A DNA stretch of 64,000 nt from Thermodesulfobacteriota bacterium (lineage in GTDB: Bacteria > Desulfobacterota > Desulfobacteria > Desulfobacterales > JARGFK01): the NCBI GenBank assembly GCA_040757625.1, contig JBFLWU010000017.1:13937-77936 (forward strand), written 5' to 3'. The notes under the pieces were generated by a model. That model worked only from the letters and a program-made list of their open reading frames with translations. It made no database searches and was not told the DNA's origin. Below, one piece after another: positions 30,315 through 41,097 of this stretch; within the stretch, counting starts at the first letter, position 1, and each line of letters starts with the position of its first letter. The position numbers were made by a program, and so were the translations under genes.

Positions 30315-30408
30315 TGAAGCCTCATCGGATCACCGCCTGATTTGGAGACGCCTTGGATTCATAACACATAAATGATGATTCGGCAAAAGACAAATGATTT
30401 AAGGCGGC

Positions 30409-30505
30409 GGGGAGTTTCATTTCGCGTTGTCACTTCAGCGTTTGTCGGGCGTCCGCCCGGGGGCTTTCCCGGGGCGGACTGCCGACAACATTTAAAAACT
30501 TCCCG
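30409..30505 (-). repeat. Palindromic intergenic repeat family C
   Basis: The reverse complement GGGAAGTTTTTAAATGTTG...TCCGCCCCGGGAAAGCCCCCGGGCGGAC...TGAAGTGAC...AACTCCCC aligns with 47874-47988. Confidence 0.72.
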
Positions 30506-30514
30506 TCCCCCGGA

Positions 30515-31183
30515 TTATTTCGCTATCATGCCCCGCATCATGTCCCCGGCGTTTTCGGCGTGGTCGGCGACGGAACCGATGATCTCGGCCAGTCGGATGA
30601 TGTGCAGTATGGTCACGGGATCCGACAGGCATTCAAAGGTTTTCTGCTTCAAGGTATGTTCCAGTTTGTCGGCTTCATGTTCTTTTTTGCGAAGTCCGTG
30701 AATGATCTCCTTTACCACCACCCGCTGCTCGTTCGAATAATTTTTAAAGTACTGCCGCGCTGCGACAACCATCTTTTCCAGATCTTCGATGGGGGCGATA
30801 ACGGAATCGACCAGCAAAAAAACATCCTTTTCAAGAACTTCCGGAATACCGGGTTCCGGCCTGTACGAGAGCCAGTCCAGAGCATCTTCCACCGAGTCCA
30901 GAACACTGTCCTGTTCGCGCAGATACATGAACAGCTGAAATTTATCCACCGGCATCAGCGTGCCGATGGGGATATGCCCCCGGATGCGCCGCTTGATGGC
31001 GTCGGCTTCCCTTTCCAGCGTCACCACTTCCTGCCTGAATTCTTCAAATGTCCGGCACTGGCGGGAAACATAGCATTCGATGGCCTGCTGAAATACCCAG
31101 GCGCATTCCTTGACTTTGCCGGCATGCTCCAGAAGGCCGCTGAAAGGCGACGTGATGAACATCGACAATATTGGCAGGCGCAT
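30515..31183 (-). CDS. DUF47/TIGR00153 phosphate transport regulator
   Basis: LEREADAIKR, EHEAD, ADHAENAGD; directly downstream of the PiT gene. Confidence 0.9.
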   Translation of the reverse strand: MRLPILSMFITSPFSGLLEHAGKVKECAWVFQQAIECYVSRQCRTFEEFRQEVVTLEREADAIKRRIRGHIPIGTLMPVDKFQLFMYLREQDSVLDSVEDALDWLSYRPEPGIPEVLEKDVFLLVDSVIAPIEDLEKMVVAARQYFKNYSNEQRVVVKEIIHGLRKKEHEADKLEHTLKQKTFECLSDPVTILHIIRLAEIIGSVADHAENAGDMMRGMIAK

Positions 31184-31194
31184 ATTCCCCCCTC

Positions 31195-32424
31195 TTAAAA
31201 AAAGAGCTGAATTATTTTAAAAAAAATCATACTGGTAGCGGCTGAGGCAGGCACGGTCAGCACCCAGTATAGTATAATTTTGAAAACAATGCCAAAATTA
31301 ACCGCCTCGACCCCCCGGGCCAGTCCGACTCCCAGAACGCCCCCCACCGCAGCGTGGCTGGTTGAAACCGGCATTCCCAGTTTTGAGGCCACCAGGACCG
31401 TGGTGGCTGTGGCAAAGTTGACGGAAAAGCCGCGGGTATTGCTGAGGGTTGTAATTTTTTCGCCCATGGTTTCCATGACCCGGTGTCCCGCCATGGCGAT
31501 GCCGGCGGCGATTCCGATGCCGCCAAAAAGCAGTAGGAAGGTGGGAACCGGCACTTGGGAACCGACAGAGCCGGTATGAACCAGGAAATAGATGACCGCC
31601 AGCGGGCCGACGGCGTTGGCCACGTCATTTGCCCCTTGGGCCAGGGCGACATAACAGGCTGTCACGATCTGGATGCGCTTGAAAATTTCTTCAACCCCGT
31701 TGGAAGCGTCTTTGTTTTCAATACAGCGCGTGATGATCCATTTGCCGCCAAATCCGAGAATGATGGACAGAAGGGCGGCAAGCATTACGGCGGAGGAATC
31801 GCCGATCGACAGGCGCTGGCCCAGCGGCGTCTTGAATAAAAACGATAAAATAACGATAAAAAAGGTTACGCCGACATAAATCGGCGAAAGCCGCAGCGCC
31901 CGGACAAAAGCGTCTTTTTTTGACAGGATCAGGCGGACGATAATTTTAAAGGTTGCATAGGCGATGATGATGCTGAATACGGGAGAAATGATCCAGCTCA
32001 TAACCACGGCAGTGAGTTTCGACCAATTGACGACCGAAACTCCGCCGGCCATGATGCCGAAGCCGATCATGGCGCCGACGATCGAATGGGTTGTCGAGAC
32101 CGGCAGGGATTTCCATGTGGCGAAACTGACCCACAGGGCCGCGGCCAGCAAAGCTGAAAGCGTACCGATCAGCGCCAGCTGCGGATCGGCAAGTACGTCC
32201 GTTGAAACAATGCTTTTTCGGATGGTGTTGGTGACATGGGTTCCGATGAAGGTGGCCCCGACAACATTCAAAACAGCGGCAATAACGATCGCCTGCCGGA
32301 TCGTGACGGCCTTGGCTGCAACCGCCGAGGCCATGGAATTGGCAACATCATTGGCACCGATGTTCCAGGCCATGTAAAAACCGAATATATACCCTGAAAT
32401 CAGGGCGGTGTATTCTTGCGGCAT
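31195..32424 (-). CDS. Inorganic phosphate transporter (PiT family)
   Basis: Two GANDVAN motifs, PVSTTH and PVSTSH. Confidence 0.93.
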   Translation of the reverse strand: MPQEYTALISGYIFGFYMAWNIGANDVANSMASAVAAKAVTIRQAIVIAAVLNVVGATFIGTHVTNTIRKSIVSTDVLADPQLALIGTLSALLAAALWVSFATWKSLPVSTTHSIVGAMIGFGIMAGGVSVVNWSKLTAVVMSWIISPVFSIIIAYATFKIIVRLILSKKDAFVRALRLSPIYVGVTFFIVILSFLFKTPLGQRLSIGDSSAVMLAALLSIILGFGGKWIITRCIENKDASNGVEEIFKRIQIVTACYVALAQGANDVANAVGPLAVIYFLVHTGSVGSQVPVPTFLLLFGGIGIAAGIAMAGHRVMETMGEKITTLSNTRGFSVNFATATTVLVASKLGMPVSTSHAAVGGVLGVGLARGVEAVNFGIVFKIILYWVLTVPASAATSMIFFKIIQLFF

Positions 32425-32511
32425 GGGTGTCGATCGCTGTCTTTTGTAGGAGTGTTAATGGCGGCCTGTCATTCACCGATCAGCCGGCCGGAGAAAGAAC
32501 CCCGACTCCGG

Positions 32512-32844
32512 CTAAAACACCATGGGGACATACCCATTCTTGATGAGATCTGAAATTATTGTCCCTACATACGCCACCTGATAGCCCAATTCCTTAAGCC
32601 GGTCACTGGTGCCGGCCGTGTCGGACAGGCGCTTGCAGGCGACGGGTGTTTCATAAGCGAGCAATTGCGATGCAAAATCGGCGACCTCCGGGTCCCTGCA
32701 GATCAGGTCTTCAAATGGGCCGAAAAAGATCACCTTTACCTCGTCGAGCCATTTGTTTTTCTGGGAGTTGACGGCAAACATCATGCCGGTAATCGCTTTT
32801 TCCTTTTCGCCGGTGGATAGAATGACGACGACCTTCGCTGCCAT
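32512..32844 (-). CDS. DsrE-family protein
   Basis: ATG 32844 after GAAGGAGG. VKVIFFGP, PVACK, GYVPMVF. Confidence 0.75.
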   Translation of the reverse strand: MAAKVVVILSTGEKEKAITGMMFAVNSQKNKWLDEVKVIFFGPFEDLICRDPEVADFASQLLAYETPVACKRLSDTAGTSDRLKELGYQVAYVGTIISDLIKNGYVPMVF

Positions 32845-33122
32845 AACCGCCTCCTTCACTTGTCAAATTATGGATGGACGTCCAAAAAGATTGATCAGGT
32901 TCAATTGAACAGGCACTGATTGGCTCAACGAGCTTGAATAGCGAGACAAAACCGTCAGACGCCGGTTTAAAAATCCGCTGATACGATCGGCCCCCAAAAG
33001 ACAATTGAAACGCGGGGTCAGCTCGCCGGCTTGTAGGGCCTCGACTTAATTGAGTTGTTTCCAGGACGCCGCACCTAATCTTTTTGAAAACCATCCGATT
33101 AAAAAAATGGCGCCGCTGATTT

Positions 33123-34049
33123 CTACAAAAAGTCCTTTATGAGACGGGCCATGTCCGTCGTGTTTTCAGCCGCAACCCAGTTGACTTCGCCGTCGGCCTT
33201 AAACCAGGTCAGCTGGCGTTTGGCGTACCGGCGGGTGTCGCGCTTAAAGGTGCTGAGGGTTTCCGGCCAGGACCGGCGGCCCTGAATAAAATCAACCATG
33301 TGGCGGTAGCCGATGGACTGCATGGATTTCAGGCCGGGAGCGTACCCCCGGGCAAGCAGGCTTTTTACCTCCTGCAGCAGGCCGGCTGCGATCATATGAT
33401 CCACCCGTGCATTGATTCTTTCATATAGCGCGATGCGGTCCCTGTCCAGTCCGATTTTTAAAACCGAATAAGGTCTTTCGCTGAATCCGTGTCCGGATTG
33501 AAACCGTGAGATCGATTGCCCGGTCAGCTCATGGATTTCCAGCGCCCGCAAAATCCGATAGGTGTCATTGGGATGAATCCTGCGGGCGCTTTCCGGGTCA
33601 CAGGCCGCCAGGCGCCGGTGTAATTCTGCCGCGCCATTAACGGCGGCATCTTTTTTCAGACGTCGGCGCAGGGCGGGATCGACCGGATCGGCCTGGAAGA
33701 GCCCTTTTAAAAGGGCCTTGATGTACAGGCCGGTTCCGCCCGTCACAAAGGGGACGATGCCCTCCGTATGAAGTTTGCCGATCCGGTCTCTGGCCATATC
33801 GGCATAACGGGCGGCATTGAAAGGCTCGTCGGGTGTCGCCACGTCGATCAGGTAATGGCGGACCTGCTGCTGTTCCGATGGGGTGGGTTTGGCGGTGCCG
33901 ATATCCATGAAACGATAAATCTGCATGGAATCGGCGCTGATAATTTGACCGTTAAACCGGACAGCCAACTCAATGGCGGCAGTTGTTTTCCCGCTGCCGG
34001 TAGGGCCGCAGATGACGATCACTTTCGGTTTGGATTTGTCCGGATTCAT
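33123..34049 (-). CDS. miaA: tRNA dimethylallyltransferase
   Basis: GPTGSGKT, ADSMQIY, DIGTAKP, GGTGLY, YAKRQLTW. Confidence 0.97.
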   Translation of the reverse strand: MNPDKSKPKVIVICGPTGSGKTTAAIELAVRFNGQIISADSMQIYRFMDIGTAKPTPSEQQQVRHYLIDVATPDEPFNAARYADMARDRIGKLHTEGIVPFVTGGTGLYIKALLKGLFQADPVDPALRRRLKKDAAVNGAAELHRRLAACDPESARRIHPNDTYRILRALEIHELTGQSISRFQSGHGFSERPYSVLKIGLDRDRIALYERINARVDHMIAAGLLQEVKSLLARGYAPGLKSMQSIGYRHMVDFIQGRRSWPETLSTFKRDTRRYAKRQLTWFKADGEVNWVAAENTTDMARLIKDFL

Positions 34050-34364
34050 TCAGTTCCGTTTTCATCAAAAAATATTCAGGCGCAACATCATAAAGAAACC
34101 ATATATAACCGTATAAAATCAATATTAAATATGATATTTTCACGGAGCTGCCTGGTAAAAACCGGGGGCCAGGAAATCGTAAAGCCGAACAGGCTCTTAT
34201 CCGTTATTGTTAAATAACAGGCAGAAATTCACTTTAGCGGCCGCATCGGATTGTCCACAAACAGTATACAGGGCTGTCATCAAGTTGGGCAGAAAATGAG
34301 GCCCGATAATAGCTGGAATTTCGGCAGGCCGTCATATTGTGAAAGAATTGTTTGTGTTTTCAGT

Positions 34365-34505
34365 CTATTGTTTGCATCGTCCCCGTCTTTTCCGCCGGCA
34401 CCCGTTTTTAATACTACCAGGCATGTTTTTTGCGAGTATCTTAATAAAGCCATACCGCCTGATTAAGATTGTGAACAAAGCGGTTAAGGGCTCCATGAGG
34501 GGCAT
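34365..34505 (-). CDS. Possible 46-aa small protein
   Basis: Near-perfect SD AAAGGAGGT 6 nt before the ATG; no recognisable family. Confidence 0.3.
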   Translation of the reverse strand: MPLMEPLTALFTILIRRYGFIKILAKNMPGSIKNGCRRKRRGRCKQ

Positions 34506-34693
34506 GTTGATACCTCCTTTGATAGGGCAGGGGAACGGTACTGGCAAGCCGGGCCCCTGCTCAACACCGCACAAAAACCGGAAAGCCGAGAAGCAAAAAG
34601 CAGGAAAGGGGGAGGTGCAAACGCCGGTTCAATGGCAACCGTGTTCGAGACCCCCCTCGCCTCCCCCTTTTTACATCAAGTTCAGCTTATTAT

Positions 34694-34951
34694 CCCGGAT
34701 ATTTCACGTTATGCATTCGTTCATTTGCAAGGCACTCCGGGGTGCAGCTGTACTTTGCGTACCGCAAACCCCGGATAACGCAGCAAATGGGCGAATGCAT
34801 TTCGCCCACCGGGTGAAAATTTTTCAGGCATTTGCCTGATGCAATTGAGATAACAAAGCGTACCGCTTGTTTCTGCCTTAAGTCTGAATCTAACCGTGTA
34901 TTATCAAGATCTTTTTAAAACTTGCTGAAAAATTTTCATGAAATATCCGGG
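34694..34951. mobile_element. MITE/REPIN-like element family B
   Basis: Perfect 13-bp terminal inverted repeats CCCGGATATTTCA / TGAAATATCCGGG. Internal inverted repeats ATGCATTCGTTCATTTGC / GCAAATGGGCGAATGCAT, TCCGGGG / CCCCGGA and TGAAAATTTTTCAG / CTGAAAAATTTTCA. Confidence 0.75.
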
Positions 34952-35214
34952 TTGTCCGCCTGAGGCGGATTAATCCTCAGCATCCATTATCTATTCAAAT
35001 TGTTAAGGGCAGGGCGGGGGAGCGCCCCCCTTTGCATCTATAAATGAGAGGCCGGACAGGACAACAGCTGAAAAAGCCTCCGACCCCTGACATTAATAAG
35101 CGAATCATATGTGAATGCGTCTCTTTTCCGGGTTCAGGTCTCCGGCTTTAATGAGCAGCCGTTGTTTTCTCGACAGATCCGAGGCAAACGGCCGTCGATT
35201 TCAGCTAAAAAAGG

Positions 35215-35244
35215 TTGACATTTGCACAGATTTTTAACTATGAC
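35215..35244 (+). promoter_or_regulatory. Candidate sigma-70 promoter of the hdr-flx operon
   Basis: TTGACA-18 nt-TATGAC. Confidence 0.4.
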
Positions 35245-35300
35245 GATACCTTAAATCTTACAAAAAGATACATGGAAAGTTAGCATAAAGGAATTTTCTT

Positions 35301-37088
35301 ATGTTTTTTAACGTGGCGCTGATTGTTTCGCTTGTCGTCTTTGGAATCGGCCTGATCTACAAGGTTTCCACCTGGTTTCGCCGCAAGATCGGCAGGGGGG
35401 CGGACCGCTATTCGGCAACCATGCGGTTTGCGGCGGCGATCAAAGGGATCGCGGGGGTTTTTTTCAGCCGGAACATCTTCACGCTGATCAGGGTTTTTAT
35501 CGTCGACGTGCTTTTGCAGATGCGCATCTTCAAAGAGGATTTTCTGCGCTGGCTGATGCACATGCTCATATTTGCCGGGTTTATGCTGCTGCTCCTGATG
35601 CATGCCCTGGACAAGCTGATTACGGCTAAGATTTTCAGCGATTATTATGCCACGCTGAACCCCTTTATGTTCCTGCGCGACCTTTTCGGACTGATGGTGG
35701 TGGCGGGGGTCGCCATTGCCGTCTACCGCCGGTTTATTTTAAAGGTGCCCCGGCTCAAAACCAGCGGCATGGATCTCTACGCCATCCTGATTGTTGCCGT
35801 TATCATGGTGTCCGGGATTCTGCTGGAGGGCGTCAAACTCACTTCCCCGACCGTTTTTCGCAATATGGTGGAGCAGTACGGCAGCCTGGACGACGAGGAG
35901 CAGGTAAAGGCCCTGGAAAGTCTTTGGGTAAAAGACTTCGGCCTGGTTTCCGCGGAAGTCGGGGGCCCGTTTGAAGAAGACATCCTGGAGAAGGGGCGCG
36001 AAATCCACGAGGAGAGTTGCGCCGCCTGTCATTCTCCAACGAAATGGGCATTCGGCGGGTACGCATCGGCAAAGGCCCTGCGGCCGATCGCCCTGGGACT
36101 GGACGACGCCGGGGCGGCCGACATGCTCTGGTATATACATATTCTGGCCTGTTTTCTGGGGCTGGCCTATCTGCCTTTCAGCAAGATGTTTCATGTCTTT
36201 GCCAGCCCCCTCAGCCTGATGGCCGCCGCGGTCATGAACAAGGAGACCTCCCATCCGGCCAATATCGCCACCCGCCAGGCCATGGAACTGGATGCCTGCA
36301 TGCATTGCTGCACCTGCAGCCTGCGCTGTTCGGTAGCACCCGCTTGCGACAGGTTCAATAATTCCAACATTCTTCCTTCTGAAAAGCTGGCTTTTCTTAA
36401 AACCTACGCCGACGGCAAGGCCCTCGGTGAAAAGGGGATGTCCGCCATTCAAGAGGGGATTTATCTGTGTACCAACTGCGACCGCTGCACCGTGGTGTGT
36501 CCGGCGGGCATCAATTTGCGCGAGCTGTGGTTCAACGTGCGCGAGGAACTCATCCACAAAGGGGTTCCGACGGCGATGATGCTCACGCCGTTTTCCTTTT
36601 ACCGCGGGCTGAACCGGCAGTCCCTGGAGGCTGAAACTTACGGAAAGCCGCTGGATGCCGCCGCCGGGGCGATTTCGGCAAAATTTAAGATGATCGATGC
36701 CCCCGACCAGGTCGTCGTCTTAAACGCCGCTGATAAGGGATTAAAGGGGCAGGCCGATGCGTCGTCACAGGCCAACACCTATGCCTACTGCTTTGCCTGT
36801 GAAAACTGCAGCACGGTTTGCCCGGTCGTAGAAAACTATGAAAACCCCCAGGCGGTTTTAAAACTTCTGCCGCACCAGATCATGCGGTCGCTGGGCCTGG
36901 GTCTGAAGGATCTGGCAATGGGGTCGGCCATGCTGTGGAATTGCCTGACCTGCTACCAGTGCCAGGAGCACTGCCCCCAAGGGGTCAAGGTGACCGACGT
37001 GCTGTATGAGCTCAAGAATTTAGCGGTTAAAGAGGCCCGACAGACAAACGGGTCCCGGCCGCCCATGGAAGATCAAAGCAAAGAATGA
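35301..37088 (+). CDS. NarI/HdrE-like membrane cytochrome b domain with a CxxCH loop, fused to two HdrC-like [4Fe-4S] dicluster domains
   Basis: About five TM helices with His pairs (LMHMLIFAGFMLLLLMH; YIH...PFSKMFH), CAACH, and four Cx2Cx2Cx3C motifs; directly upstream of hdrB. Confidence 0.85.
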   Translation: MFFNVALIVSLVVFGIGLIYKVSTWFRRKIGRGADRYSATMRFAAAIKGIAGVFFSRNIFTLIRVFIVDVLLQMRIFKEDFLRWLMHMLIFAGFMLLLLMHALDKLITAKIFSDYYATLNPFMFLRDLFGLMVVAGVAIAVYRRFILKVPRLKTSGMDLYAILIVAVIMVSGILLEGVKLTSPTVFRNMVEQYGSLDDEEQVKALESLWVKDFGLVSAEVGGPFEEDILEKGREIHEESCAACHSPTKWAFGGYASAKALRPIALGLDDAGAADMLWYIHILACFLGLAYLPFSKMFHVFASPLSLMAAAVMNKETSHPANIATRQAMELDACMHCCTCSLRCSVAPACDRFNNSNILPSEKLAFLKTYADGKALGEKGMSAIQEGIYLCTNCDRCTVVCPAGINLRELWFNVREELIHKGVPTAMMLTPFSFYRGLNRQSLEAETYGKPLDAAAGAISAKFKMIDAPDQVVVLNAADKGLKGQADASSQANTYAYCFACENCSTVCPVVENYENPQAVLKLLPHQIMRSLGLGLKDLAMGSAMLWNCLTCYQCQEHCPQGVKVTDVLYELKNLAVKEARQTNGSRPPMEDQSKE

Positions 37089-37128
37089 AGGCCTTCATTT
37101 ATAAAAGCTTAACTGATGGGAATCGAAT

Positions 37129-37998
37129 ATGAAATTTGCGCTGTTTCTGGGCTGTAATATCCCGGCCCGAGTCAAACCATATGAATCATCGGCCAGGGCG
37201 GTTCTGGACAGGTTGGCGATTGAAGTGGCGGATGAACGTGAGTTTAAATGCTGCGGCTATCCCGTCCGCAATGTCGATTTTAAAATGTACCTGATCTTCT
37301 CGGCCCGAAATCTGGCCCTGGCCGAGCGGCAGGGGCTGGACATGCTGACGCTTTGCAAGTGCTGCTACGGCAGTCTGAAGAAGGCCGCGCATGTGCTCAA
37401 AACGGATGCGGCCCTCCGGGATGAAGTTAATGCAATCCTGGCACCGGAAGGACTGGCCTTTAACGGGAAGACCGCCGTCAAGCATTTTTTGTCGGTCCTC
37501 TATCACGATGTCGGGCTGCCGTCCCTGAAGGAAAAAATCGCGCGGACATTCAAGGATTTAAAAATTGCGACCCATTACGGCTGTCATGCCTTGCGGCCCA
37601 GCGACATCATGCAGTTCGACAATCCGGTGGCGCCGATTATTTTTGATGAACTGGTGACCGCCACCGGGAGCAAAAGCATTGAATGGACGACCAAGCTGGA
37701 ATGCTGCGGGGCGCCGCTTCTGGGCGTCAATGACGATCTTTCCATGGATCTGGCCGCTCGGAAACTGGCCGACGCCAAGCAGGCCGGGGCGCAATACCTG
37801 TGCGTCGCCTGCCCCTATTGCCAGATGCAGTTCGGTACGGTCCAGGAGATGATCGTATCGGCCCGGGGTGCCGGTTATCGGCTCCCCACGATCCTGTACC
37901 CGCAGCTTCTGGGGCTTGCCCTGGGAATTGACCGTCGGGTGCTGGGGATTGAAACGCAACACACGGATATCAGTGGTATCGAAGCCTTTTTAGTATAG
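37129..37998 (+). CDS. hdrB: Heterodisulfide reductase subunit B
   Basis: FLGC, CCG, CKCC, HYGCH, ECCGAP, ACPYC (two CCG domains). Confidence 0.93.
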   Translation: MKFALFLGCNIPARVKPYESSARAVLDRLAIEVADEREFKCCGYPVRNVDFKMYLIFSARNLALAERQGLDMLTLCKCCYGSLKKAAHVLKTDAALRDEVNAILAPEGLAFNGKTAVKHFLSVLYHDVGLPSLKEKIARTFKDLKIATHYGCHALRPSDIMQFDNPVAPIIFDELVTATGSKSIEWTTKLECCGAPLLGVNDDLSMDLAARKLADAKQAGAQYLCVACPYCQMQFGTVQEMIVSARGAGYRLPTILYPQLLGLALGIDRRVLGIETQHTDISGIEAFLV

Positions 37999-38006
37999 GA
38001 GCTGCA

Positions 38007-41000
38007 ATGTCTCAGAAAAAGATTGGTTCGGTTATGGTTGTCGGTGGCGGCATCGCCGGGATGCAGGCCGCGCTGGATGCGGCCGATTCCGGTTATTATG
38101 TCTATCTGGTTGAGCAGACCGCCTCCATCGGCGGCGTGATGTCTCAGCTGGACAAGACGTTCCCCACCAATGACTGCGCCATGTGAATTATTTCACCCAA
38201 GCTGGTCGAGGTCGGCCGGCACATTAATATCGAGCTGCTGACGCTTTCAGAGGTCACTGGCATATCCGGAGAGGCCGGGAATTTTGAGGTGACCATTATC
38301 CGGCATCCCCGCTATGTGGATGTAGAAAAGTGCATCGCCTGCGGTCTGTGCGCGGAAAAATGCCCCAAAAAGGTTACCAGCGAGTATGACAGCGGTCTCG
38401 TCAAACGCAAGGCCATATATGTCAAGTATGCCCAGGCGGTCCCCCTTAAATACGCCATTGACGCCAAGGAGTGTATTTACCTGACAAAGGGCAAGTGCAA
38501 GGCCTGTCAGAAATTCTGCCCCACCGGGGCGGTGAATTTCGAGGACCAGCCCAGCGAGAAAATCCTGAACGTGGGATCGGTGATTATCACCAGCGGCTGC
38601 GAGGTGTATGATCCCCATACCCATGACGTCTACGGTTACGGCAAATCCCCCAACATCGTCACCAGCCTTGAATTCGAGCGGATCCTTTCGGCGTCAGGGC
38701 CTTACGGCGGCCACCTGGTGCGGCCGTCCGACGAAAAGGAGCCCAAAAAAATCGCCTGGCTCCAGTGCGTCGGATCCCGCGATGTGCACATCGGCGCCAG
38801 GGGTTACTGCTCGTCGGTGTGCTGCACCTATGCCATCAAGGAGGCGATGCTGGCCAAAGAGCACAGCAAGGAGGGGCTGGATGCCGCTATTTTTTACATG
38901 GATATCCGCACCCACGGCAAAGATTTTGAAAGATATTACAACCGCAGCCGGACCGCCGGCGTTCGCTTTGTCAAATCGAAAATAACGAATATCGTTCCCC
39001 AGGCCGACAGCGGCCTGCAGCTCATCCGCTACATCGACGAGTCCGGTCGGCGGGTGGAGGAAGCTTTTGACATGGTGGTCTTGTCCGTCGGACTGGGGGT
39101 GAGCCAGTCGGCGGTGGCGCTGGCCAACCGGATGAAAGTCGCCCTGGATTCCTATCAGTACGTCGCCACCAGCAGCTTTGCGCCGGTGCAGACGTCGGCT
39201 CCCGGTATTTTTGTCTGCGGCGCCGTGGAGGCCCCCAAAGACATTCCCTCTTCGGTGATTGAATCCAGCGCCGCCGCAGGGATTGCCGGCAGCAGCCTGA
39301 TCGAATCGCGCTGGAGCCTGACCAAGAAAAAGGAAATTCCCCCGCAGACGGATACCCGCGGGGAATCGCCCCGTGTCGGGGTCTTTGTCTGCAACTGCGG
39401 CACCAACATCGGCGGGGTGGTCAACGTGCCCGGGGTGGTTGAATATGTCCGAACGCTCCCCTATGTCGTCTACGCCGAGGATAACATGTTCAGCTGCTCC
39501 CAGGACACCCAGAACAATATGGCCAAGCTGATCAAGGAAAAAAACCTGAACCGCATTGTGGTGGCGGCCTGCACCCCCAAAACCCATGAGCCGCTTTTTC
39601 AGGAAACCGTGACCAATGCGGGGATCAACAAATACCTGTTTGAAATGGCCAACATCCGCAACCAGTGCTCCTGGGTCCACGGCGCCGTTCCGGCCGAGGC
39701 CACTGAAAAGGCCAAGGAACTGACGCGCATGGCCGTGGCCAAGGTCGCCCTGCTGGAGGCCTTAAGCGAACCGGTCTTGGAGATCAATCAGACCGCCCTG
39801 GTCATCGGCGGCGGTTTTGCGGGGATGACGGCCGCCCAGACCCTTTCGCAGCAGGGCTATCATACCATCATCGTCGAAAAGGGTGACCGGCTGGGGGGAC
39901 AGGCGCGGCATCTTTATGAAACCTGGCGGCGGGAAGATATTCAACTGAACCTGGAGACGCTCATTAAAGGGGTAACGGACGACGAAAGGATCGATGTCTA
40001 TCTGAATGCCGCGATCACCAAGGTGGACGGTTTTGTTGGAAATTTCAAGACCACCATCAAAACCGGCGACACGGAGCAGGAGCTGGCCCACGGGGTCACG
40101 ATCATCGCTTCGGGCGCCAGCGAACTGAAACCGGACCTGTATCTTTACGGAAAGAATCCGCGCGTTCTGACGGCCCTTGATCTGGATCGGAAATTTATTG
40201 AAAACGATCCGGGGCTGAAAGAAAAAAAGAGCGCCCTTTTCATCCAGTGCGTCGGTTCGCGCATCCCGGAGCGTCCCTATTGTTCCAAGGTCTGCTGCAC
40301 CCATTCCATCAACAGCGCCCTGCGGCTGAAGGAACTGAATCCGCAGATGGACGTATTTATTCTATACCGGGACCTGCGTTCCTACGGACTGCGCGAAGAT
40401 CTGTATCGCGAAGCCCGGGCCAGGGGCATCATTTTTATCCGCCACGATTTTGATAAGGGGCTGGACGTTGCCGCCGAAGGCGCGGATCTGGCGATCCGGT
40501 TTACGGATACGATCCTGCGGCGCCGGATGGAGATCCGTCCGGACCTGGTGGTCCTGGCGACGGCGATCACCCCGCCCAAGGAAAATCCGCTGGCCCAGCA
40601 GTATAAGGTGACCCTTAACGACGACGGCTTTTTTATGGAGGCGCACGTCAAGCTCCGACCGGTGGACTGCGCCACGGACGGGGTTTTCATCTGCGGGCTG
40701 GCCCATGCTCCCAAACCGCTGGACGAGTCGATTGCCCAGGCCCAGGCGGCGGCCACCCGGGCGGTTACCCTGCTGGCCAAGAAAACCATCCAGATGAGCG
40801 GCACGGTGGCGCATACGAATCCGATGAACTGCAGCAGTTGCGGGGTCTGCGTGGCGCTGTGCCCGTATTCGGCCCCGTCCTTTACCCAGAAGGGTCCCTT
40901 TTCCGGAAAGGCCGAGATCAATCCGGTTTTATGCAAAGGCTGCGGCCTGTGCGTGGCGTCCTGCCGATCCGGGGCCATACAGTTGAGGGGGTTTGACAAC

Positions 41001-41045
41001 GACCAGATCTTCGCGCAGATTTTTTCTTTGCGCGAGGCGGTTTAA
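38007..41045 (+). CDS. hdrA: Heterodisulfide reductase subunit A, selenoprotein, two FAD modules (1012 aa); TGA at 38184-38186 read as Sec
   Basis: ATG 38007 after AGGAG: [18 protein letters not shown]...[17 protein letters not shown], continuing in frame into the track ORF 38289-41045. The HdrA consensus here is PTNDCxxC. Confidence 0.92.
38201..38220 (+). promoter_or_regulatory. SECIS-like hairpin of hdrA
   Basis: GCUGGUCG-AGGU-CGGCCGGC starting 15 nt after the UGA. Confidence 0.72.
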
Positions 41046-41097
41046 TGTTTTAAGAATACCTGTTCGGTGTTCATTACAATAAAAGGAGAAAAGTGGC

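Noticed and set aside
34339-34839. 166-aa plus-strand ORF
   Set aside because: It runs through hairpins and element B and has no protein-like motifs.
38007-38288. hdrA as a pseudogene or starting at 38289
   Set aside because: There is one in-frame TGA at a conserved Cys with a SECIS-like hairpin, and the upstream FAD motif and SD are intact.
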